Assembly (NCBI GenBank): GCA_038922795.1
Contig: JBCKWI010000002.1
Coordinates: forward strand, 2,756-66,755
From: Gammaproteobacteria bacterium
Lineage (GTDB): Bacteria; Pseudomonadota; Gammaproteobacteria; Eutrophobiales; Eutrophobiaceae
Length of the DNA stretch: 64,000 nucleotides
Direction of reading: 5' to 3'
The notes below the pieces were generated by a model. The model did not search any database. It was given only the letters and a program-made list of their open reading frames with translations, and had not been told where the DNA came from. Shown here in pieces: positions 56,250 through 64,000 of this stretch; within the stretch, counting starts at the first letter, position 1, and the number at the start of each line of letters is the position of its first letter. Position numbers and translations under genes: made by a program.

Positions 56250-56674
56250 GGTGCGTTTCTGTCAGTTGCTGTAGCCATGATAGTGCGCGAGGCATACCCT
56301 GCATCACCAACACTGCCACGTGATGCAGTGACTGAAATATTGTAGATATTGTATGTTACCGGTGCTTCCGTAACACTGGTTGCCACACATCCAATCCGGG
56401 CCTGAAAACCATTCAGTCCGCCACCGGAAAAATTAATGGTCTGCCCATTGACACCCGTACAACTCACAGCAGGGTTAAGCGCTCCATGCACTGCCCATTC
56501 CATTCCACTCCTGGCCGCAAACCAGGCCTGGATGGAGGCCCCGGAAGATGCCGTCGTCACGGCCGATACTGAAGACAAGGTGGCCATGTATGCCCCAATC
56601 AGGGAGAACAGGACAATCAACACGATGACAATTACCGCACTGAATCCCCCTTGTTTGTTCATGCCTGTAATCAT
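56246..56674 (-). CDS. mshP: MshP-like pilus biogenesis protein
   Basis: 142 aa. The N-terminus MNKQGGFSAVIVIVLIVLF is PilX/MshP-like. ATGA overlap with the mshO stop; position and size match V. cholerae MshP (recalled). Confidence 0.6.
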   Translation of the reverse strand: MITGMNKQGGFSAVIVIVLIVLFSLIGAYMATLSSVSAVTTASSGASIQAWFAARSGMEWAVHGALNPAVSCTGVNGQTINFSGGGLNGFQARIGCVATSVTEAPVTYNIYNISVTASRGSVGDAGYASRTIMATATDRNAP

Positions 56675-57513
56675 GGCTGGTTGGGAACATGCGCCTGTTG
56701 CAACAGGGTAACGCTTTGCCCGAGATTTGGATCCTGCAGCGTTATGCTGATTGTCACCAGTGCCGCACGTGTGGCACTGCCCGGATCATAAGTCATGGAA
56801 CAACTGGATACCTGATCGACCAGAAGGTTCGCACTGCCAGCCGGAGGAACCGGTTGGACCGCAGCGATCGTATAATCTGAATAACGCGTAATACTGGAAC
56901 CGGCACAGACAAAACTGACCGGCGTATCCACAACCTGGAACCTTTGACTGGGTGACTGAATTGGAAATTTGGTGACCGGACTGAGATTAAAACTTAACGT
57001 TGTTGGAGGGCCAAGATTTTTTGCGGTAATGGCCGCAATATTCTCACCCGCATAGGCATCGGCGCCCGGCTGGCCGGTATTGTAAACCACCATACAGTCT
57101 GCTGATCTCGGCGCATCCAAACACGCTGCCTGGCTGGCACCACCGGCCACGATGCCGGTAAAATTAATCAACGGACCCAGAAACTCGAAAGGGTCAGATT
57201 GTTTGTTAAATTTAAGCCGGTTTGTTCCCTTGTCACGGTAACGACCACCATCACGTGTACGCAGAAATTCTATTGCCGTCGTACCACTGATGCGTACGCT
57301 GTTCGGGAGTGCCAGCCGGATTTCACGGGTCATACGTTGTAACGCGGTCTCGGCAATGTCCACCAGTCTCGCCCGCCGCTCCACATCCAGATAGGCCTGC
57401 ATCGGGCCGCGCAGGATATTGACCAGGATAAATGACAAAATACCCAGGATCAGTATCACAACCACCAGTTCGATCAAGGTAAAACCCGTAGATTTGTTCA
57501 CGGCTGTTCTCAT
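56671..57513 (-). CDS. mshO: MshO-like minor pilin/biogenesis protein
   Basis: 280 aa with a prepilin N-terminus KSTG|FTLIELVVV. Confidence 0.65.
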   Translation of the reverse strand: MRTAVNKSTGFTLIELVVVILILGILSFILVNILRGPMQAYLDVERRARLVDIAETALQRMTREIRLALPNSVRISGTTAIEFLRTRDGGRYRDKGTNRLKFNKQSDPFEFLGPLINFTGIVAGGASQAACLDAPRSADCMVVYNTGQPGADAYAGENIAAITAKNLGPPTTLSFNLSPVTKFPIQSPSQRFQVVDTPVSFVCAGSSITRYSDYTIAAVQPVPPAGSANLLVDQVSSCSMTYDPGSATRAALVTISITLQDPNLGQSVTLLQQAHVPNQP

Positions 57514-58046
57514 CAGAAATTTGTCCTGTAACCTGATAATGTCAAATTAAGATCAGAAAAACTGTCGTGGGTTACATTGACATCGATACGAACAATATCG
57601 CCAGTGGCTGAATTCAGACCATTCAGGGTCACTCCACTATCATCTACGGTTACATTGATATTGTATGCTTCAAGACCGGTAATGAGATTATTATTTTGAT
57701 CTTTGGCGCCTGTTGTAGAATCAACAAGAGGATCATTATAATCACAGACATCATCAAACAAATTACGGCTGCTCTCTGCAACGCTGCATACTGTACATGC
57801 ATTTGCCGCAGTACAAAACGTTGGACAATCTGCCGACAAATCAGGGTCACAAAAGTTACTGAGCATGATTTCTTCCAGGTAGGCCTGGGCGATGGCATTG
57901 GCCTGGGAAATGACCATCGGATCGGCGCTGCGGCTGACCGTCTGGTTGATCAACGCTATAAAGGCCGTCACACCGATACTCAGAATGACAATGGCCAGGA
58001 CGAGTTCGATCAGGGTAAAGCCGGATTGACGGTTAGTGGGCCGCAT
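57513..58046 (-). CDS. mshD: MshD-like minor pilin
   Basis: 177 aa with a prepilin N-terminus RQSG|FTLIELVLA. Confidence 0.65.
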   Translation of the reverse strand: MRPTNRQSGFTLIELVLAIVILSIGVTAFIALINQTVSRSADPMVISQANAIAQAYLEEIMLSNFCDPDLSADCPTFCTAANACTVCSVAESSRNLFDDVCDYNDPLVDSTTGAKDQNNNLITGLEAYNINVTVDDSGVTLNGLNSATGDIVRIDVNVTHDSFSDLNLTLSGYRTNF

Positions 58047-58149
58047 CGTTTAACTCTTTGCTATTATCGAATGTCGCTGCTAAAGAAAAATTTATCAACT
58101 GGACTTCGTCCTTGATTTCGTTAACAGCACTTCCATGTACTACTTCTCC

Positions 58150-58455
58150 AGGCTCAAGACCGGAATGAAAAGCACATTCCGTCATACCCGCGAATGCGGG
58201 AATCCAATAAGCAATGTACCCCCATCCTACCTCGGCTTTGGCTTCCTCGATCGCTGTTCCCGACGCGATTCTACCTCCTCCATCCCTGGAGTCGTGCGTC
58301 GCTCTACCACCTACGCACTGCTCCTGTGCGTCCTGCACTCGCAGTATTAGTATATCCGTATACGTTTCCATGCAGTCGTACCTTCCCCTGAAAGGGGGAA
58401 GGGGATACCGGATAGCCGCTATGCGGCTTCCGGAATGACTGTGCTGCATTGTCAT
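58150..58455. repeat. Repeat cluster inside the pilin operon
   Basis: Inverted pair of GTCATnCCsG...GGAAT REP-like units (58181-58205 forward, 58405-58439 reverse) bracketing a CTC-associated hairpin element (58249-58296) and a ccttcccctgaaagggggaagg hairpin. Confidence 0.75.
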
Positions 58456-58489
58456 CGCGGAACTAAGGCCGTGGAATTTAGAATTTCCA

Positions 58490-58945
58490 TTAATCATGCG
58501 CATATCCGGTTTCGGCTTCAACCAGGATCGTCCTGCTGCCAAATGTGATCGTTGTTGCGGCACTGGGACGGCCGATGTTATCAAAGGAGAAAGTGGCGCT
58601 CGGGCTGCCTTCCGCGGTACTGTCAGCGCAGAAGTTGGTCTTGCTGCTGGCGGGGTTGGTAATATTGGTACCATTCACCGGACAAACCGGCGGGGCTGGC
58701 ACACCTGCCCAGGTCAGCAGACATTGGGTAGAGTTTATCGACACGTTCACAGTACAGCCGGAGGCAATGGCCTGCTTCTGGGCATACCGGATTGCTGAAA
58801 AAGCCTGCTGATAAAACCCGGTTTCACGGAATGTGGTCAGGTTTAGTTTGGGTGCGACAAAAACCCCCAGTATCCCGATTAACAGCATGACCACGACCAG
58901 CTCAATCAGCGTAAATCCTGTCATTGATGCCGTTACTCTGTTCAT
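58490..58945 (-). CDS. mshC: MshC-like minor pilin (GspH/FimT-like)
   Basis: Prepilin N-terminus MNRVTASMTG|[10 protein letters not shown] prefer the Met at 58945 (AGG upstream) over track start 58963. Confidence 0.65.
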   Translation of the reverse strand: MNRVTASMTGFTLIELVVVMLLIGILGVFVAPKLNLTTFRETGFYQQAFSAIRYAQKQAIASGCTVNVSINSTQCLLTWAGVPAPPVCPVNGTNITNPASSKTNFCADSTAEGSPSATFSFDNIGRPSAATTITFGSRTILVEAETGYAHD

Positions 58946-59057
58946 GCCATACCTGTTTATCATTATCTGTTTAAATGATAGCCGGATTTAAGATATTACA
59001 TCCGGGTTATTCTGAGTATAGAGCAAGATATACCGGTACTTTTCGTCATCATACTGA

Positions 59058-59090
59058 TAAAAAAAGAGGGTCGTGAGACCCTCTTTTTAA
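59058..59090. terminator. Intrinsic terminator/attenuator immediately after the major pilin gene
   Basis: aaaaaaAGAGGGTCgtgaGACCCTCTttttt: an 8-bp stem with a GTGA loop, and A/T runs on both sides. Confidence 0.8.
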
Positions 59091-59106
59091 TCAGTTGAAT
59101 ATCATC

Positions 59107-59511
59107 TTAGCCAAGACACAGACCGTCAGAAATAGTGCCCTCGGCCTCCGCGCCATTAAAGTTGACTGTGATTGTATCTCCACCGACCTGACATACATAG
59201 TCATTGGCGGCTGAACACGAATCATCAGCACCAGCACCGGTAGTTGTCACCGTGACTGTATTACTAGCGCCAACGGCGCAATCCAGATTGCCCATTATGC
59301 TGGCAAAGGCCGCGGCTACGCCGGTATTCACGCCAAGCTGAATTGCTGCTGCAGAATAGATGGCTCCCAGTATCCCCTGGGCGGCCGCCGCATTTGCCTG
59401 GGCTGACAGATTCGCAAATCTCGGCACCGCCGTTGCGGCCAGAATTCCCAGGATCACGATCACTACTACCAGTTCGATTAAGGTAAAACCTGATTGTTGA
59501 CGTTTCATCAT
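59107..59511 (-). CDS. mshA: MSHA-type major pilin
   Basis: MMKRQQSG|[28 protein letters not shown] lies 6 nt before ATG59511. A C-terminal Cys pair is present and a strong terminator follows. Confidence 0.75.
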   Translation of the reverse strand: MMKRQQSGFTLIELVVVIVILGILAATAVPRFANLSAQANAAAAQGILGAIYSAAAIQLGVNTGVAAAFASIMGNLDCAVGASNTVTVTTTGAGADDSCSAANDYVCQVGGDTITVNFNGAEAEGTISDGLCLG

Positions 59512-59626
59512 TATTGACTCCACATTGTTATGGGCCGCAGCCCGTTAGTATTAATAAAACACAGTGCCCGCCTGCCGCAGCAGGCTGGTCGTGGGAAGCT
59601 CCGTCTCCCCGCTGCGTTTCCGCATC

Positions 59627-59811
59627 TAAGGAACCTCTGATTAAGGTGTCATTTCGAGCAAAGCGGGAAATCTGTAGTTAAAAATGTCAAACAAAAACAA
59701 ATCACTGCGAGATTTCTCGATCACTGTTCCCGACGTGGGTTCTACCGCCTGCTTCCATGCAGGCGTCCCTACGGTCGAAATGACAATAACAACTTGATCA
59801 GAGGTTCCCTA
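59627..59811. mobile_element. MITE copy A3 (type-2 core) carrying a nested 49-bp hairpin element (59719-59767)
   Basis: Same ends and core as 54434-54569 except for the precise 49-bp insertion after gagatttctc. TA flanks. Confidence 0.85.
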
Positions 59812-59937
59812 ACACCCGTCATCCGTACAGGTGAAAAAGAACCTGACATCGCCCTGTCTACCGGATCCAGGACCTGTAATCCATATCCTGCAATATTCTG
59901 TCCCGGGCTTGTTACTTTGGCATAAAACTCCCGGAAT

Positions 59938-59953
59938 TGTGAATTAATTCACA
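59938..59953. promoter_or_regulatory. Perfect CRP-type palindrome TGTGAATTAATTCACA
   Basis: Matches TGTGA-N6-TCACA exactly. On the minus strand, AATATT (59897-59892) lies about 49-54 nt downstream of the site centre, consistent with class I geometry. Confidence 0.5.
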
Positions 59954-60028
59954 TAAATAGTCACATAAACAGGCCAATTTCCGGTGTCTGCCCGCCTGTT
60001 GTGCTGCAAACAGGGCACCACCGGCAGC

Positions 60029-60658
60029 TTATACCCGCCTATTTCTGACCGCTTGTCTCCCTAAAACAACAGTAATCCGGTGCTGACCACGATATACAGC
60101 CCCCCCCAGGACAACGAACAACCCAAACACGCGCGGATTGCCCACGAACCTGTCCGTACCAAACTTGCTGTCAAGCACATCCAGTTTTTCATTCGTCCCA
60201 ATCCAGCGGTTGGCCTTTGCCTCAAGATTTTTCAGCAGGCTGGGACGGATCAACATAATGGCCCCGATGAGTAGCGCCAGAACACTGGCACCCAGAAAAA
60301 TATAAAACAACTGTTCATACAGCCACCGGGTAAAATCCGATCCGGCCAGACCCATCAACCTTGCTACAGCACTCTCTATCCCTATAACAAACACAAAGGT
60401 AAATAACACATAACACACGGCGGAGATAATAATCAGACCGAAGAGACGATGATGCCGGTATATCCAGCGCTCCTGGTAACGTGGCCTGTCAAGGCTATCA
60501 AAAAACGACTTGGTACTGATCCAGCGATTCAGTTTGTTGCCGGATGTCAAGGCCCATTGCGGCGCAATGGTGAATACTATCCCGATAATGACCACGATCA
60601 CGCCCAGCCAGAACAGGCTGGCGATTAACCATTCCCACAAGTAATTTGATGCATTCAT
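60029..60658 (-). CDS. Uncharacterised membrane protein with two internal repeats
   Basis: 209 aa with about 4 TM segments. NRWISTKSFFDSLDRPRYQERWIYRHHRLFGLII is paralleled by NRWIGTNEKLDVLDSKFGTDRFVGNPRVFGLFVV. I recognise no family. Confidence 0.6.
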   Translation of the reverse strand: MNASNYLWEWLIASLFWLGVIVVIIGIVFTIAPQWALTSGNKLNRWISTKSFFDSLDRPRYQERWIYRHHRLFGLIIISAVCYVLFTFVFVIGIESAVARLMGLAGSDFTRWLYEQLFYIFLGASVLALLIGAIMLIRPSLLKNLEAKANRWIGTNEKLDVLDSKFGTDRFVGNPRVFGLFVVLGGAVYRGQHRITVVLGRQAVRNRRV

Positions 60659-60706
60659 ATTCTATTTATATCCTGATTATCTTCAGAAAACTTTAGGACC
60701 TATCTC

Positions 60707-60843
60707 TAAGGAACCTCTGAATAAGTCTAAAAATTCTTTGAATCGTCATTCTGGCGTATGCCAGAATCCAGTCAAAACAATTGTTTACTGGATGCTGGTT
60801 TTCACCAGCATGACGGTGAAGATACTTAATCAGAGCTTCCATA
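60707..60843. mobile_element. MITE copy A4 (type-1 core, full length), TA-flanked
   Basis: TA|AGGAACCTCTGAATAAGTCTAAAAATTC...CTTAATCAGAGCTTCCA|TA. Confidence 0.8.
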
Positions 60844-60853
60844 AATTAAATAC

Positions 60854-60950
60854 CCTCCCCCTTGACGGGGGAGGATTGAGGTGGGGGTGAAATCTCAGGA
60901 ATGGCTGAAATTCAACCCCCATCCCAACCTTCCCCCTACCAGGGGGAAGG
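60854..60950. repeat. REPIN-like inverted doublet of GC hairpins
   Basis: ccctccccc-ttga-cgggggagg...ggtgggggtgaaat // aaattcaacccccatcc...ccttcccc-ctacca-gggggaagg. Confidence 0.7.
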
Positions 60951-61050
60951 CGCAGTCGGTTATTGTTTCCGTCAAAAGAGCGGGAAACTGATATTGAGAC
61001 AGGTTCTAATTAAACAGGTGATGACAGCTTATCCAGAGTTGCCTTCAGTA

Positions 61051-61647
61051 TTAAAACCGCCATTCATAATGTTCCTGGCTTTCCAGCTTCACTGTCCGGA
61101 AATTGTCTATGGCCGGATCGTATTTACCATCAGCATTAACGTCCTTATATTCAACACGGACCCGAAATCTGATCCGCGGCGCGCCCTCCAGCTCGCTGTA
61201 AAAGTATTCAGGATTATTCACCCTGTAAACCAGCATATTTTCAGCCACATCAAAATACCATTTACCCCCCGGTATCCGGTCCGGATCCGGCGCTGCGAAT
61301 TCCCCGATATAATTACCCGGCATCCAGTGATGAAACTGCTGGTTGAGGAACTCATTATGTCCGTGTTCACCCGTATCAGTTCTTGTCAACGGCGCCCGCC
61401 CCATATTCATGGCATTCATTGTTTCCAGTGCGGCCAGTTTATCCCTATTTTTATTCAATACAGCAAACATCGCATGATAATTAAGGGCAGTATTGATATT
61501 GATAACCGTGGCACTCACCATGGTGCTTTCGGCCCTGGCAAATATGATCAACACATACCGCGCGAATACCCCGATGAATACCGCTATCAACAATAACGCC
61601 GCGGATAATTCCAGCAGCGTCAGGTTTCGATCTGACCAGCGATGCAT
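61051..61647 (-). CDS. mshF: MshF-like protein (degenerate pseudopilin-like N-terminus)
   Basis: 198 aa. N-terminal NLTLLELSAALLLIAVFIGVF. It lies directly after the platform gene, where mshF sits in V. cholerae (recalled). Confidence 0.45.
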   Translation of the reverse strand: MHRWSDRNLTLLELSAALLLIAVFIGVFARYVLIIFARAESTMVSATVININTALNYHAMFAVLNKNRDKLAALETMNAMNMGRAPLTRTDTGEHGHNEFLNQQFHHWMPGNYIGEFAAPDPDRIPGGKWYFDVAENMLVYRVNNPEYFYSELEGAPRIRFRVRVEYKDVNADGKYDPAIDNFRTVKLESQEHYEWRF

Positions 61648-62867
61648 TATCTAATGACGGTTGCCAGGTCCCACATCGGCAGAAATACCCCCAGCGCCAG
61701 GATTAAAACCATGAAACCTATAATCACAATCATGATCGGTTCTATTGATGCGCTCAGATTCTTGATATCGTAATCAACTTCACGCTCATAATAATCGGCC
61801 ACCTCGGCAAGCAGTTCATCAACCTGTCCGGTTTCTTCACCCACGGCCAGCATCTGCAATACCAGCGGTGTAAACATATTGGTCACAGCCGCTGTACGCG
61901 TCAGTGATTCGCCCCGCTCAATGCCATTACGCATACTCAGGATATGTTCGGCAATGAATTCATTATCCACCGCACGGGCAACGACGGTCATGGCCTGGAT
62001 GAGTGGTACGCCGGAGGTCAGGGACATGGAAAAGGCCCGCGCAAACCGTGACAGAGTCGCACGCCGGATAATATCCCCTACCAGTGGCAGCCTGAGTTTA
62101 TACTGGTCCCACATATAGCGGCCGTTTTCGGTTTTGACATAGGCCCTGGAGCCAAAAATACCCGCTATAATTCCTCCCAGCATGACCGGCCACCACTGAA
62201 CAAATAAGGCGGATACCGCCAGCAACAGACGGGTCTGCCATGGTAACGGCACATCGGCCTTGGCAAACAGGTCGGCAAAAGCCGGGATGACCCAGATATT
62301 GATAATGGTCAGCGCAATGCCGATGGCAAGTATCACGAATACAGGATAACGAAATGCCGTGCTAATGCGTTCGCGCGTATCCTTTTCCCGTGCCAGATAT
62401 TCTGAAATCCGTAAAAAGGATTCATCCAGACGGCCGGTTTCCTCGCCAACCCGCACCATACTGATAAACAGCGAGGAAAATATTCCGGGGTGCCTGGCCA
62501 GTGAACTTGACAGGTCCCGGCCGGATTCAATATTCGTGAGTATGTCCTTGAGCGCATCCACCATCCGCTGGTTGCGTGTTGACTGGGTCAACCCCAGAAT
62601 CGACCTGATCAATGGCACACCGGCTTTCATCAAGGTATACATCTGCCGGCTGAACAATATCAAATCATCCAGCCCCAGTGGCCGGCTTTGCAGATAGGCA
62701 AATACTGATTTTGAGGCTGCTTCGCCTCCACCGCTTTGCGTTATATCAATCGGTGTAATACCACTATTCATTAACTGGGTAGCCACCGTATCGATTGAAT
62801 TGGCATCAATCTGACCTTGCATCAGCGCGCCCCTGACACTCCTGCCCTTGTAAACGAATACCGGCAT
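61647..62867 (-). CDS. mshG: Type IV pilus/T2SS platform protein, GspF/PilC family (MshG-like)
   Basis: 406 aa with two GspF-type repeats and three TM segments. Confidence 0.85.
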   Translation of the reverse strand: MPVFVYKGRSVRGALMQGQIDANSIDTVATQLMNSGITPIDITQSGGGEAASKSVFAYLQSRPLGLDDLILFSRQMYTLMKAGVPLIRSILGLTQSTRNQRMVDALKDILTNIESGRDLSSSLARHPGIFSSLFISMVRVGEETGRLDESFLRISEYLAREKDTRERISTAFRYPVFVILAIGIALTIINIWVIPAFADLFAKADVPLPWQTRLLLAVSALFVQWWPVMLGGIIAGIFGSRAYVKTENGRYMWDQYKLRLPLVGDIIRRATLSRFARAFSMSLTSGVPLIQAMTVVARAVDNEFIAEHILSMRNGIERGESLTRTAAVTNMFTPLVLQMLAVGEETGQVDELLAEVADYYEREVDYDIKNLSASIEPIMIVIIGFMVLILALGVFLPMWDLATVIR

Positions 62868-64000
62868 TAAACAGCAACCCCCTGGTACGCCGGGTCTGTT
62901 TTGATATCCATCATGGTATCGACATCAGCGGAGATCCGTATGACCTCATCCATGGAGGTTACGCCTTCAATGGCGTATTGCAGGGCAACCATGTTAAGGG
63001 GCCGGAATCCTCTGGCAATCCGTGCGACTAATGCAAAAGCAGCGCTGTCTCCCTGGCCCAGCACATCGGATATTTGCTGATCAAACTCAAGCAATTCGTA
63101 AACGCCAATGCGTCCCAGATAACCGGTGTAGTTGCAGTAACCACACCCTTTGCCTTGCTTGAATGCCGCCTTGAAGGCGGTCTCGTTACCGTGCGCATTC
63201 AACCAGGCGGTTTGTTGCGGATCCAGTTCCGCCGATCTTGAACAACTCTGGCATATCCGGCGCACCAGCCGCTGTGCCAGAATGGCGTGCAGTGCGGAAG
63301 CCAGCAAATAACTTTTAATCCCCATGTCCATCAAACGGTTCACCGTACCGATGGCATCATTGGTATGTAAAGTGGACAAAACCATATGACCGGTCATGGC
63401 CGCCCGCAGGCCGATTTCAGCGGTCTCTTCATCGCGCATTTCACCGACCAGCACAATATCCGGGTCCTGGCGTAACGCCGAGCGCAAGACCCTGGCAAAG
63501 CTCAACCCGATGTTGGTATTGACCTGAATCTGATTGATCCTGGGAATGCGATATTCAACCGGGTCTTCAATGGTAATGATTTTTTTTTCAGGCGAATTAA
63601 GCGCCTTCAATGCGGCATAGAGAGTGGTCGTCTTGCCGCTGCCAGTCGGCCCTGTTACCAGGATCATCCCGTGCGGACGCCTGATCAATACCTCTATACG
63701 CTTCAGGATCGCTTCCGGCATGCCCAATGCGTCAAGATCAAGCGTGCCTCCCGTCTGATCAAGCAGACGCATTACCACTGATTCGCCATATTGTACCGGC
63801 ATGGTGGACAAACGGACGTCGATATTGTGGTCCTTGACTGTCACCGTGAACCTCCCATCCTGTGGCAGCCGTTTTTCAGAAATATCCAGACCACCCATCA
63901 GCTTCAGCTTCAGCACCAGTGCCGGGGCAATCCGGGTCTCATCCATAATATGTTCCTGCAATATGCCGTCAACCCGCTGCCTTATGCGCAAGACATTTTC
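62867..64000 (-). CDS. mshE: GspE/PilB-family assembly ATPase (MshE-like); 5' end lies outside the window
   Basis: Walker A GPTGSGKTTT, Asp and His boxes, and a C-terminal CxxC...CxxC. The reading frame is open to the window edge. Confidence 0.85.
   Translation of the reverse strand, partial: ENVLRIRQRVDGILQEHIMDETRIAPALVLKLKLMGGLDISEKRLPQDGRFTVTVKDHNIDVRLSTMPVQYGESVVMRLLDQTGGTLDLDALGMPEAILKRIEVLIRRPHGMILVTGPTGSGKTTTLYAALKALNSPEKKIITIEDPVEYRIPRINQIQVNTNIGLSFARVLRSALRQDPDIVLVGEMRDEETAEIGLRAAMTGHMVLSTLHTNDAIGTVNRLMDMGIKSYLLASALHAILAQRLVRRICQSCSRSAELDPQQTAWLNAHGNETAFKAAFKQGKGCGYCNYTGYLGRIGVYELLEFDQQISDVLGQGDSAAFALVARIARGFRPLNMVALQYAIEGVTSMDEVIRISADVDTMMDIKTDPAYQGVAV

Noticed and set aside
58033-58674. 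213-aa minus-strand ORF spanning the mshC-mshD gap.
   Set aside because: It contains the WIPAFAGMT peptide characteristic of translated REP-like repeats, overlaps the mshC 3' end out of frame, and is built from repeat DNA.
60901-61596. 231-aa plus-strand ORF.
   Set aside because: It starts inside the REPIN-like doublet and runs antisense to the mshF-like gene. The minus-strand gene fits the operon order and has a pseudopilin-like N-terminus.

Overview
The window is mostly a conserved proteobacterial core region. The gene order looks gammaproteobacterial, with some beta-like traits.

**Minus strand, 2.9-35.4 kb:** an almost uninterrupted translation/transcription super-cluster.
- tRNA-Tyr, tRNA-Gly, tRNA-Thr and tufB.
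- tRNA-Trp, secE, nusG, rplKAJL and rpoBC.
- rpsL, rpsG, fusA and tufA, with rpsJ starting 6 bp after tufA.
- The S10, spc and alpha operons, ending at rplQ. I found rpmJ by hand; it is missing from the ORF track.

**35.4-52.1 kb:**
- tsaC, topA, smg, dprA and a LysM gene on the minus strand.
- Divergently on the plus strand: def, fmt, rsmB, a DUF4390 gene, ntrY, ntrX, trkA, trkH and a methyltransferase.

**Last 12 kb, the more accessory-looking part:**
- A small TPR protein, a GT-C/TMTC-like membrane protein, a class-1 pyrD and trmL.
- An MSHA-type type IV pilus operon (mshE partial, then G, F, A, C, D, O, P) with an extra unknown membrane-protein gene inside it.

I see no rRNA, CRISPR array, transposase, integrase or recognisable defence genes.

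**What stands out is non-coding.** Intergenic DNA, even inside the most conserved operons, carries several families of tiny non-autonomous repeats:
1. 147-bp units that each end in an exact copy of nt 1-19 of the adjacent tRNA. There is one copy at tRNA-Trp and two in tandem at tRNA-Thr.
2. A 48-49 bp hairpin element always found right after 5'-CTC, with one clean filled-versus-empty site pair.
3. MITEs with TAAGGAACCTCTGATTAAG-type inverted ends and TA flanks, in two core subfamilies.
4. REP-like units and hairpin doublets.
5. An AT-rich element inside the spc operon.

**Other notable points:**
- The two tuf copies differ at only 3 positions, and their G-ending codon usage differs from fusA.
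- A perfect CRP-type palindrome lies upstream of the pilin gene.
- The NtrX homologue has degenerate AAA+ motifs.

All calls come from reading the sequence and from recalled family knowledge. No searches were run.
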